Source of the DNA: Micavibrio sp. UBA6212
GTDB taxonomy: Bacteria; Pseudomonadota; Alphaproteobacteria; Micavibrionales; Micavibrionaceae
Direction of reading: 5' to 3'
DNA: 64,000 bases
NCBI GenBank assembly: GCA_002421905.1
Contig: DISK01000014.1
Coordinates: 37,628-101,627 of the forward strand
Shown: positions 17,856 to 27,131 of the stretch, piece by piece
Layout: every line of letters begins with the position of its first letter
How positions within the stretch are numbered: the stretch's first letter is position 1
Program-made: the position numbers and the translations under genes
Notes under the pieces: generated by a model
Databases searched by the model: none
Told to the model about the DNA's origin: nothing
The model's input: the letters and a program-made list of their open reading frames with translations, nothing else

Positions 17856-18884
17856 ATGAGCGTAAAAACTTTTGGCGACGTATCGTCTTTATTTTCAAAA
17901 ACATTCCAGTCAGACCATCCGCAAAAAGACAGGCCCAGACCAGACAGGCCAAAAATTGTCTTCATCAATTTGATGGATAATGCGCGCGGGACAGAAAAAC
18001 ATTTTCTCAACATCTTGAAAAAGGCGTCACCGGACGCCGTGGTTATTTTGTGCCGGATGGCCTGTAACCACAAGGATCCTCGATATTTTAACGAACAGGA
18101 TTACCTGAACTCTGATCGCTATCAGGACTGGCAAACTGTTATTGGCAACACCTATGCCGATCAGGTGATTGTCAGCGGCATCAACCGTGGCCTTCTAAGC
18201 TATGATGACATGAAGAATGACTACAAGGATTTCTGGGATGAATGCTGTACCTTGTTCCGCAAACTTCAACATGCGACACGCAACGGACAGGTTGGTCATG
18301 CAACCTTGATCTGTTGGGCGGCCTTTGCCGCGATGAAAGACCTTTACGAAGTTGAAAAAGATATTCACGCGGAAAAATTCTACGGCCTCTTTCCCCATAA
18401 AATCCCCTCGCCCGATCATCCGCTAGTCAAGGGAACTCAAGGCTCTGAAATCCTTATTCCACAATCACGTTATTCCTATATGGAATCATCACACTTAAAA
18501 GACGTCATCGACTATCATCAAGGAACTGTGGCGATGGATGGGCCGGATGGGCCTGCGATCTGGACGCTCGAACAACAACGCATTTCGTGCATTATCAATC
18601 ATCCGGAATACAGCATTGATACCTTGCACAAAGAATATGAATTCGGAAAAAGCAAAGAAGGCGATGATTTCGCTCCTCCCCGCAATTATGATGTCCAGAA
18701 CATCAATTGCGCGAAGCATAGGGAATCATTCGCCCGACTGGAAGAATTCTGCATAACTTTTTATCAAAACCTAATAAATCACGCTCTGGAAGCACGCCCA
18801 AACGCGTCCCTGCCCTGTAAAAAGTTGGACGAAGAAAATTCCCGACCCGATATTGTTCTGCGCCAGGACTTTCAACGCGGTTAA
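17856..18884 (+). CDS. MetA-family (homoserine O-acyltransferase-like) protein, divergent
   Basis: [22 protein letters not shown] aligns with E. coli MetA [31 protein letters not shown] aligns with VCWAVQAAL (catalytic Cys). PQSRYSY aligns with [18 protein letters not shown] aligns with TGHPEYDAQTL (catalytic His and Glu). GAGGG RBS before the ATG at 17856. Confidence 0.6.
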   Translation: [342 protein letters not shown]

Positions 18885-18902
18885 TTCTTGTCAAACCAGT
18901 GT

Positions 18903-18935
18903 AAATCCCCTAAATCATTAGGGGATTTATTTATT
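18903..18935 (+). terminator. Rho-independent terminator after the MetA-like gene
   Basis: Perfect 11-bp stem AAATCCCCTAA/TTAGGGGATTT, loop atca, T-rich tail atttatt. Confidence 0.75.
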
Positions 18936-18955
18936 GCATAGCAACAGAGACATGT

Positions 18956-20350
18956 ATGACCACAAACTGGACACCTGAAAGCTGGAGAGACAAACCAGCC
19001 AAACAATTGCCAACCTACGGCGATGCCCCCGAAGCATTGGCAGCAGCAGAAACAGAACTGCGCCGGATGCCACCACTGGTCTTTGCCGGAGAAGCCCGCC
19101 AGCTCAAAAGTCAACTGGACAGCGCCTCGAAAGGTGATGCGTTCGTTTTAATGGGTGGCGACTGCGCCGAAAGCTTTGCCGAATTTGGCGCAAACAAGAT
19201 CAGGGATACATTCCGCATTCTGTTGCAAATGTCGGTGGTGATGACTTTTGCCGGCTCCATGCCGATTATCAAAATGGGGCGGATGGCTGGACAATTTGCC
19301 AAACCCCGTTCCGAAGATACTGAAACCAAAGACGGGATCACGCTCCCGACCTATCGCGGCGACATTATCAACGGAATTGAATTCTCCGAAGAGTCACGCA
19401 GACCCGACCCGATGCGGATGGTTCGCGCCTATAACCAGTCGGCAGCGACACTCAACTTGTTGCGCGCCTTTGCCAAAGGTGGATACGCTGATCTTCACAT
19501 GGTCAATAAATGGAATCTGGATTTCATTGCAGACAGTCCCCAAGCCGAACGCTACCAGAAACTCTCCGAACGGATTGAACAAGCGCTCGATTTCATGACT
19601 GCGTGCGGCATGACCGGCGAAAAAATTCCCCATATTTTGAAGCAAACAGATTTTTACACCTGCCACGAAGCTTTGCTGCTCCCTTATGAAGAAGCGCTGA
19701 CCCGCGTGGATAGTACGACTGGTGACTGGTACGACTGCTCGGGGCATTTTGTCTGGATTGGCGCACGTACCAATCAGGAAGACCACGCCCAGATCGAATT
19801 TGTCCGTGGTATCAAAAACCCGATCGGCATGAAATGTCCACCGACCACCACACCGGATGATCTGATCCGCCTGATTGATAAAATCAATCCGGACAATGAA
19901 CCCGGACGCCTGACCCTGATTTCACGCATGGGCGCTGGAAAAGTATTCGATCATCTGCCGCAACTCGTCCGCAAAGTGAAAGATGAAGGCCGTATCGTAA
20001 CATGGGTTTGTGACCCGATGCACGGCAACACCACCAAATCCTCAAGCGGATATAAAACCCGCCAGTTCAATTCGATCCTGAGTGAAGTTCAGGACTTCTT
20101 CTCGGTTCACAAAGGCGAAGGAACCATTCCGGGCGGCATTCATATCGAAATGACCGGACAAAATGTCACCGAATGCGTTGGTGGACTGCAAGATCTGCGC
20201 GATGAAAATCTGTCCGACCGTTACCATACACATTGCGACCCACGCCTCAATGCTTCGCAATCTCTGGAACTGGCATTCCTTGTGGCCGATGAACTCAAAT
20301 CCCTGCGTAGTGACAGAAAACAAAATATTCTCAATATTGCAGCGGAATAA
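18956..20350 (+). CDS. 3-deoxy-7-phosphoheptulonate (DAHP) synthase, class II
   Basis: N-terminal [29 protein letters not shown], and the 464-aa length are characteristic of plant-like class II DAHP synthases. Confidence 0.9.
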   Translation: MTTNWTPESWRDKPAKQLPTYGDAPEALAAAETELRRMPPLVFAGEARQLKSQLDSASKGDAFVLMGGDCAESFAEFGANKIRDTFRILLQMSVVMTFAGSMPIIKMGRMAGQFAKPRSEDTETKDGITLPTYRGDIINGIEFSEESRRPDPMRMVRAYNQSAATLNLLRAFAKGGYADLHMVNKWNLDFIADSPQAERYQKLSERIEQALDFMTACGMTGEKIPHILKQTDFYTCHEALLLPYEEALTRVDSTTGDWYDCSGHFVWIGARTNQEDHAQIEFVRGIKNPIGMKCPPTTTPDDLIRLIDKINPDNEPGRLTLISRMGAGKVFDHLPQLVRKVKDEGRIVTWVCDPMHGNTTKSSSGYKTRQFNSILSEVQDFFSVHKGEGTIPGGIHIEMTGQNVTECVGGLQDLRDENLSDRYHTHCDPRLNASQSLELAFLVADELKSLRSDRKQNILNIAAE

Positions 20351-20362
20351 AACGGGATCAGA

Positions 20363-21931
20363 ATGCGGCTCACCTTGGCACAAGTCAATCCGATCGTCGG
20401 AGATCTGGATTATAATCTGGAATTGATTGACCGTGTCTGGTCAGACCACGACGCAACATCCGATCTGATTATTTTTCCTGAAATGGTTCTAACCGGATAT
20501 CCTCCGGAAGACCTTCTGCACAAGCCTTCTTTTATCGAAGACTGCCAGAAAAAAATCGAAGCCTTATTGGATCGTGGAACAAACAGGTCCTCCGCTATTC
20601 TAATTGGCGCACCTGTCATGCAAAACGGTTTGCTCTATAATGCGGCTCTGCTGATCGACGGTAAAACCATCCACAAACCTGTCACCAAACACCACCTGCC
20701 CAATTACGGCGTGTTTGATGAAAAACGCTATTTTACGGCAGGCAGCCCCCACGACCCGATTGATTTCCGTGGCACAAAACTGGGTGTCATGGTCTGTGAA
20801 GATATGTGGTTTCCCAACATCGCGGAACATTTGAAAGAAAACGGAGCGCAGATTCTGATCTCGCTGAACGGCAGCCCCTTTGAAACAGGCAAACAATCAA
20901 CCAGATTGTTGCAAGCCAAATTCAGAACCGCAGAGACCGGCCTCCCGCTAATCTACGTCAATCAGGTTGGCGGGCAAGATGATCTGGTTTTTGACGGAGC
21001 GTCTTTTGCCTTGAACGCACAAGGCGAAGTCATCCTGACCTGCAAATCTTTTGAAGAAGATATCAAATCTTACCTTTCCGGACATCTCGAACCATCATCT
21101 TCTTCGGAAGAACTGATCTTCAAGGCGGCCTCACTTGGCCTCAAAGATTATATGCGTAAAACGCACCAGAAAAAAGTTCTGCTGGGCTTGTCGGGTGGCG
21201 TGGACAGCGCACTGGTTGCGGCGATTGCCGTGGATGCCCTCGGGAGCGAGAACGTCCACACCGTGATGATGCCCTCCGACTTTACATCGCAAGAAAGTCT
21301 CGAGGACGCCAAAGAATGCGCCAAACGCCTCGGCATTTCTTACGAAATTGTTGCGATCAAAAATATGGTTGAAACTTTTACCAAAGACCAACCCGATACA
21401 TCAGGCCTCGCCCACGAAAATCTGCAATCGCGTTTGCGGGGTCTTGTTTTGATGACCAGATCAAACATGACAGGTGCAATGGTTTTATCCACCGGAAACA
21501 AATCCGAAATGGCGATGGGGTATGCGACCCTCTACGGCGATATGTGCGGCGGCTATAATCCGCTCAAGGATATTTATAAAACACAGGTTTATAAAATTTG
21601 TGACTGGCTGAACAAAACGCGCGGGAATCTAATTCCAGACAACGTCCTCACCAAAGCGCCGAGTGCCGAACTTCGTCCCAACCAAAAAGATCAGGACAGC
21701 CTTCCCCCCTACGAAACGCTGGACGTTATCTTGCATTGCCTGATCGAACAGGATTTGGGGATCGCCGACACCATCAAAGTGGGATTTGATAAAAGCACTG
21801 TTGAAAAAGTGGCAAGGCTACTCAAAATCGCCCAATATAAAAGAAACCAGTCCCCCCCGGGGCCAAAAATCACACCGCGCGCCTTCGCCCGTGACCGCCG
21901 CTATCCCATCGCCAACGGCTATAAAGAGTAG
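20363..21931 (+). CDS. nadE: Glutamine-dependent NAD+ synthetase (CN-hydrolase plus NAD synthase domains)
   Basis: N-terminal nitrilase-like domain (MRLTLAQVNP..GD...N, ICEDMWFP) and C-terminal LGLSGGVDSALVAAIA PP-loop. Confidence 0.92.
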   Translation: MRLTLAQVNPIVGDLDYNLELIDRVWSDHDATSDLIIFPEMVLTGYPPEDLLHKPSFIEDCQKKIEALLDRGTNRSSAILIGAPVMQNGLLYNAALLIDGKTIHKPVTKHHLPNYGVFDEKRYFTAGSPHDPIDFRGTKLGVMVCEDMWFPNIAEHLKENGAQILISLNGSPFETGKQSTRLLQAKFRTAETGLPLIYVNQVGGQDDLVFDGASFALNAQGEVILTCKSFEEDIKSYLSGHLEPSSSSEELIFKAASLGLKDYMRKTHQKKVLLGLSGGVDSALVAAIAVDALGSENVHTVMMPSDFTSQESLEDAKECAKRLGISYEIVAIKNMVETFTKDQPDTSGLAHENLQSRLRGLVLMTRSNMTGAMVLSTGNKSEMAMGYATLYGDMCGGYNPLKDIYKTQVYKICDWLNKTRGNLIPDNVLTKAPSAELRPNQKDQDSLPPYETLDVILHCLIEQDLGIADTIKVGFDKSTVEKVARLLKIAQYKRNQSPPGPKITPRAFARDRRYPIANGYKE

Positions 21932-21954
21932 TCCCAAGGGCATCCTTAAATCAG

Positions 21955-22105
21955 GAAACAAGTCCTCTCCCTTGAGGGGGCCAAATCTCTTCTTTCCCCT
22001 CCCCCTTGAGGGGGCCAAATCGCTTCTTTCCCCTCCCCCTTGAGGGGGCCAAATCTCTTCTTTCCCCTCCCCCTTGAGGGGGGAGGGTCAGGGTGGGGGT
22101 GCTTT
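21955..22105. repeat. G-rich hairpin repeat cluster including three tandem 34-bp units
   Basis: ccaaatc[tg]cttctttcccctcccccttgaggggg recurs at 21981, 22015 and 22049, and ends in ggggagggtcagggtgggggt. Confidence 0.9.
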
Positions 22106-22254
22106 AAGCTTCACTATCGCTCGCAATGACGAACTCTTGGTGTCTTCGTGTCTTGGTGGTTCAAAAATGAAACTGGAAAAAACACAGTTTGTCTTCCCAA
22201 AAACCCTTCTTATCCATTGAATTTCCCCAAAAAATCCGTTAAAACGTCTCTATC

Positions 22255-23604
22255 ATGACAGATCAAATTCGCGTCCGCTTTGCCCCTTCTCCGACCGGAA
22301 TGTTACATATTGGTAACGTCCGCACCGCCCTCATCACATGGCTGTTTGCAAAAGCCAACCAAGGCTATTTCCTGCTGCGGATCGACGACACCGATCTGGA
22401 ACGCTCCAAACCGGAATATGAAGCCGCCATTTATGAAAGCCTGACATGGCTGGGCATCACATGGGATGAACTGGCGCACCAGAGCAAGCGCCTCGACCGC
22501 TACGCTGAAGTCATTAAAAAATTAAAAGAAGACGGTCGTCTTTATGCCTGTTACGAAACGTCCGAGGAACTTTCCCTTAAACGCAAATCCCAACTGACTC
22601 AAGGCCTGCCACCGATTTATGACCGTGGCGCATTGAACATCACGGAAGAACAAAAGGCCAAATACGAGTCGCAAGGCCGCAAACCTCACTGGCGTTTTCT
22701 GATGAAAGACGAACCAATCGTCTGGCAAGATCAAATCCGTGGTGAAGTCCGCTTTGAAGGAAAAGACATTTCCGACCCTGTGCTGATCCGTGAAGATGGC
22801 TCGCCACTCTATCACCTGTGTTCGGTGATTGATGACGCAGATTTTGGCATGACCCACATCGTGCGCGGTGAAGACCACGTCTCGAATACGGCGGCCCACA
22901 TCCAGATGTTCGAAGCCATCGGCTTCAAAACACCTCAATTCGCCCACCTGCCTTTGATCTCTGACGCTGAGGGCGGCAAGCTTTCGAAACGCCTCGGCGC
23001 TTTGAGCATTATCCAGCTGCGCGATGAAATTGGTCTGGAACCTTTGTCGATTTCCTCACTGCTGGCACGGCTTGGGACGTCCGACCCGATCGAAGTGTAT
23101 AACGATTATGCGCCACTGATCGAGAATTTTGAATTTTCAAAATTCGGGCGCGGAACGCCAAAATTCGATCCTGATGAATTACTGCGCCTCAATTCCAAAA
23201 TCATTCACGGGCTTGATTTTGACCATGCCAAAATTCGTCTGGCACAAATTGGCCTTGAAGAAATTACCGAAGAATTTTGGAATGTTGTTCGCGCCAATCT
23301 TGAAGTCATCACCGACATCAAGGAATGGTGGACAGTTGCGAACGGGCCGGTCACACCAGTGGTCAATGACAATGACTTTGCTGCTAAGGCCATTGAACTG
23401 ATGCCGCCTGCCCCATGGACACCGGACACTTGGAAAGAATGGACAACCGCCATCAAAACCGAGACAGGCCGCAAAGGGAAAGAGCTCTTTATGCCGTTGC
23501 GTCAGGCTTTGACCGGTATGGATCACGGGCCAGAACTCGGTGATTTGCTGCCGCTGATTGGCCCTGAAAAAGCCAAGGCGCGCCTGTCCAAACAAGCTGC
23601 CTAA
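22255..23604 (+). CDS. gltX: Glutamate--tRNA ligase
   Basis: RFAPSPTGMLHIGN (HIGH motif) and KLSKR (KMSKS motif). Confidence 0.95.
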   Translation: MTDQIRVRFAPSPTGMLHIGNVRTALITWLFAKANQGYFLLRIDDTDLERSKPEYEAAIYESLTWLGITWDELAHQSKRLDRYAEVIKKLKEDGRLYACYETSEELSLKRKSQLTQGLPPIYDRGALNITEEQKAKYESQGRKPHWRFLMKDEPIVWQDQIRGEVRFEGKDISDPVLIREDGSPLYHLCSVIDDADFGMTHIVRGEDHVSNTAAHIQMFEAIGFKTPQFAHLPLISDAEGGKLSKRLGALSIIQLRDEIGLEPLSISSLLARLGTSDPIEVYNDYAPLIENFEFSKFGRGTPKFDPDELLRLNSKIIHGLDFDHAKIRLAQIGLEEITEEFWNVVRANLEVITDIKEWWTVANGPVTPVVNDNDFAAKAIELMPPAPWTPDTWKEWTTAIKTETGRKGKELFMPLRQALTGMDHGPELGDLLPLIGPEKAKARLSKQAA

Positions 23605-23675
23605 AGTAAGAAATCCCCCCGATTTTCAACCGAGGGGACTTGTTCCAACACCATAGGAATTCTTAAAAGTAAGTC

Positions 23676-23945
23676 TTAATTCTTCTCGTCTGCCATAATT
23701 TTTTCCAGACGATGTTTAAGCATGATCTCGAGTTTATGGGCATCGCTTTCCGTGGATTGGGGCCAGAAGGCTCCCATGGTTTGCTTATATTCCACCGTCC
23801 GATGCAACATAATCAAATCCAGCAATTTCATTTTACGCGATGTATCCAGACGGGAAAACGCATCAAAAACATCAAAACGCGGACCAACGTCATTCGAAGG
23901 AACAACGTGTTTATAATCGAAATGATCTAACGCAACAGCAGACAT
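23676..23945 (-). CDS. Hypothetical small protein (about 89 aa)
   Basis: ORF with SD-like GAGGG upstream of the ATG at 23945. No recognised motif. Confidence 0.4.
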   Translation of the reverse strand: MSAVALDHFDYKHVVPSNDVGPRFDVFDAFSRLDTSRKMKLLDLIMLHRTVEYKQTMGAFWPQSTESDAHKLEIMLKHRLEKIMADEKN

Positions 23946-24055
23946 AATCAAACCACCCTCTTCGAAACTCGCTCTATTAAAACAACTTGTAACGTTAATA
24001 TATCGTTAACCAAAGAAAAAGTCAAATTGCACTATGTAAAAAGTTAAGCGGAAGA

Positions 24056-24148
24056 ACCTTTATTCCCTTCCCCCTTGAGGGAGATGCCTTATTCCCTTCC
24101 CCCTTGAGGGGGGAAGGTCAGGATGGGGGTAGTTAAAGTATGGGGGTA
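24056..24148. repeat. G-rich hairpin repeat, copy with two hairpin units
   Basis: ttattcccttcccccttgaggg occurs twice, followed by gggaaggtcaggatgggggtagttaaagtatggggg. Confidence 0.85.
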
Positions 24149-24327
24149 AAGTATGACGATGGATAAAAGTTAAGCAGAAGACAATATAGTCGAATCAATT
24201 AGCTTTAAGACAAGGAACGAGCGACGACCCGTATTGAACATACGGTAGGAGCGCTGTGACGATGGATAAAAGTTAATTGAAAAGACTATATGTTGTAATT
24301 TCCGGCAAATTCTTTATACGTTCCCCC

Positions 24328-25107
24328 ATGACCGGAACCAATAAAAACGAGCTGACAAACCTGCCAAGCGATGAAACTCAGCCCATTATCGTGCTGGTTA
24401 ATCCGCAAATGGGGGAAAATATCGGGGCAACAGCCCGCGCGATGCTCAATTGCGGCCTGTGCCACCTGCGGATTGTGAATCCCCGCGATGGCTGGCCAAA
24501 TGAACGGGCCAATGCCATGTCCTCGGGTGCTTTGGACTTAATGCCTCCGGTTCAGGTTTTTGAAACTCTGGGGGATGCCATTGCCGATTGCCACACAATT
24601 TATGCCACAACCGCCCGCCCGCGCGATCTGGTCAAACCGGTTCTGACGCCAAGATTTGCCGCACAGGACATATCAGAACTAATTGATAATAAACAAAAAA
24701 TTGCCATTTTGTTTGGGGCAGAACGTGCAGGCCTGACCAATGACGAAGTGGCTTTTGCCCATAAAATCATCTCGATCCCGCTCAACCCCGGATTTTCGTC
24801 ACTCAATTTGGGGCAATCTGTGCTGTTGGTGGCTTATGAATGGTCACAACGGGTCTTTTCAGCACCGGAAGAACACCTGCCCACGGGCAAAAGCCAACCG
24901 GCAACGGCTGCAGAATTCAACAACTTCTTCAACAGGCTCGATCAAGAATTAATCGCCTCGCGCTTTTATCGCGTTGATGAAATGAAGGATATAATATCTA
25001 GGAATATCAAATCGTTATTTCAAAGAACCAATCTAACAGATCAAGAAATAAACACGCTTCACGGCATCCTGACGTCCCTAACGACCCATCGCCAGAAACA
25101 AGACTAG
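24328..25107 (+). CDS. SpoU/TrmH-family RNA 2'-O-methyltransferase (TrmJ-like)
   Basis: IVLVNPQMGENIGATARAMLNCGL, LFGAERAGLTNDE, IPLNPGFSSLNLGQSV. Confidence 0.8.
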   Translation: MTGTNKNELTNLPSDETQPIIVLVNPQMGENIGATARAMLNCGLCHLRIVNPRDGWPNERANAMSSGALDLMPPVQVFETLGDAIADCHTIYATTARPRDLVKPVLTPRFAAQDISELIDNKQKIAILFGAERAGLTNDEVAFAHKIISIPLNPGFSSLNLGQSVLLVAYEWSQRVFSAPEEHLPTGKSQPATAAEFNNFFNRLDQELIASRFYRVDEMKDIISRNIKSLFQRTNLTDQEINTLHGILTSLTTHRQKQD

Positions 25108-25131
25108 ATAAAACTAATAAATTAAATAAAA

Positions 25132-25392
25132 TCAAACGGTTGCGGATACATCTTGACGTGACCAACCAAGATATCCTTTGCACGCAATCGCCATTGAAAT
25201 TGTGTTATACGCAATAAATCCATATTGACCAGACATCATGGCAACCGCCAACGCCGCAAGACTGCTACAAAATAGCATGGCAAACCCAACAGCGCGCCGC
25301 TTGGTAATCAGATAACTTCCCCATAGCCCCAAAAACATGGTCAACCAGTCCAAGCCGTAATAGGCGAATATATCCTGCAAAAATTCTGTCAT
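25132..25392 (-). CDS. Small three-TM membrane protein (86 aa), unknown function
   Basis: Three hydrophobic segments. GGTG RBS 6 nt before the ATG at 25392. Confidence 0.45.
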   Translation of the reverse strand: MTEFLQDIFAYYGLDWLTMFLGLWGSYLITKRRAVGFAMLFCSSLAALAVAMMSGQYGFIAYNTISMAIACKGYLGWSRQDVSATV

Positions 25393-25505
25393 GTGGTACA
25401 CCTGAAATATTTTTTAATTATGTAATATGAGAAAAATTATATGTAATTATGCCTATAGCTTCAATAAAAATAGGTTAAACAGGCTGGAACAAATCATCGC
25501 AGAGA

Positions 25506-25533
25506 TAAAAAAACCACCCAATCGGGCGGTTCT
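25506..25533 (-). terminator. Rho-independent terminator of rpsD
   Basis: Minus strand AACCGCCCgattGGGTGGTT followed by T7. Confidence 0.75.
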
Positions 25534-25561
25534 CTTAAAATTATTGATCTGTACAGCTCTC

Positions 25562-26179
25562 TTAACGAGAGTAAAACTCGATAACCAGATTTGGTTCCAT
25601 TTGAACTGCATATGGAACATCTTCCAGTTTAGGAACACGAACAAAGGTTACTTTGAACCCTGCGGCGTCTTCTGTCAGAAATTCAGGAATATCGCGCTCA
25701 CCTGATTCACGGGCGGTGATAACCAATGGCATTTGACGTGATTTCTCACGAACTTCCACGATATCGCCTGCTTGAACTTGGTAAGAAGGAATATTCACGC
25801 GTTTTCCGTTCACTTTGACGTGACCGTGGCTAACCAACTGACGGCTTGCAAATACGGTTGGTGCGAATTTCGCACGGTAACAAACCGCATCCAGACGGCT
25901 TTCCAACAAACCAATAAGGTTCTGGGAAGAGTCACCACGCAAACGGATAGCTTCGAAATAATAACGGCGGAATCTTTTCTCGCCAATGCTGCCATAATAG
26001 CCTTTCAGCTTTTGCTTGGCGCGCAACTGCAGACCGTAATCGGTTGGCTTGCCGCGGTTTGCACCGTGTTGGCCCGGGCCGGTCTGACGAACATTATAAG
26101 GTGATTTTGCACGACCCCAGAGGTTACAACCCAAACGACGGTCGATTTTATGCTTTGCGCTTAAACGCTTTCCTGCCAT
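25562..26179 (-). CDS. rpsD: 30S ribosomal protein S4
   Basis: [25 protein letters not shown]...QLREKQK..YYG; S4 RNA-binding domain. Confidence 0.96.
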   Translation of the reverse strand: MAGKRLSAKHKIDRRLGCNLWGRAKSPYNVRQTGPGQHGANRGKPTDYGLQLRAKQKLKGYYGSIGEKRFRRYYFEAIRLRGDSSQNLIGLLESRLDAVCYRAKFAPTVFASRQLVSHGHVKVNGKRVNIPSYQVQAGDIVEVREKSRQMPLVITARESGERDIPEFLTEDAAGFKVTFVRVPKLEDVPYAVQMEPNLVIEFYSR

Positions 26180-26581
26180 GGCAGATACTCCTTTTTTTAA
26201 TTGTTATTGTCCCGATTACCAAAAAAGATTGAAAAACAGCCTGTAAACAAGCCATTCCAACGCCCTTCTTACGAAGAAACTTCTCGGGAATGGCGGGAAT
26301 ATAAGGATTCTCACGGAAATGTCAAACATATAAGTGCCAATAAACGCGAAAAAGCTGCAACAGCTTGCAAAACCTCGACAATTAGAGTGTGACAATATAA
26401 TCACCCGATTTTTGATCCTAATTCTCCCTTTTCACTGGACACCCTCCTGAATTTGGGAATATGTTGCGCCCGCGAACACAAGGTTTTTGGTCCAACGGAT
26501 TTTTCTCCTGATCGCAGAACTAAAGAACTGAAGGGTGAATTTTATGCCCCCTTCACCGCACCAACATTAGAGGTAAGAACA

Positions 26582-27076
26582 ATGGCGTGCACAGAAGCTT
26601 TTATTCCGGATTTCATCAAACTTGACCCCAATCAAACCGTCAAGGACGCCCTAAAAATTCTCGAAGACAATCACATCCGCGTTGCACCGGTTATTGATGC
26701 CAACGGGGATATTGTCGGGATGTTTGGCCTGCATTCTCTTATGGAAGATATTCTTCCGTTGGCAGCACAAATCGAAGACGGTCTGGAAGATCTTGATTTC
26801 ATTATCGGTGGCGCACCGGGTGCTGCAAAAAAAATCCGTAAGATCGGGCCAAAACCGGTTCGTGACCACATGCAAAAAGATATTGAAGATCTGCTTTTAA
26901 CTCCTGAAACGCCAATCCTCGAAGTCATCCGTTGCCTGACCCGTTATGGAAGCCCTCTGCCGGTTGTCGAAGAAGGCACACGAAAATTTGTTGGATTGGT
27001 TTCCGAACAATCCTGTTTGCACTGCCTGCACCAAGTCCTGCTGGAAGTCGAAAAAGAAGAACAAGGCCTAAAATAA
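26582..27076 (+). CDS. CBS-pair domain protein
   Basis: Two CBS-like units (V.DALKIL.DN.IRVAPVID.NGDIVGMF and ..VIRCLTRYGSPLPVVEEGTRKFVGLVS). GAGG RBS before the internal ATG at 26582. Confidence 0.7.
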   Translation: MACTEAFIPDFIKLDPNQTVKDALKILEDNHIRVAPVIDANGDIVGMFGLHSLMEDILPLAAQIEDGLEDLDFIIGGAPGAAKKIRKIGPKPVRDHMQKDIEDLLLTPETPILEVIRCLTRYGSPLPVVEEGTRKFVGLVSEQSCLHCLHQVLLEVEKEEQGLK

Positions 27077-27131
27077 GAAAATTAAGTCGAAGAAGTTTAT
27101 AGAGACAAAAGTACTTTAGAGGGTAAATATT

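Noticed and set aside
21955-22105. Could the regularly spaced G-rich repeats be a CRISPR array?
   Set aside because: The 34-bp period has no unique spacers because the whole unit repeats. The same motif is dispersed singly at other loci. No cas genes are present.
23605-23675. Hairpin TCCCCCCG...CGAGGGGA after gltX as a bidirectional terminator or a degenerate member of the hairpin repeat family.
   Set aside because: The stem is imperfect and there is no clear U-tract on the plus strand. Too weak to annotate as a feature.
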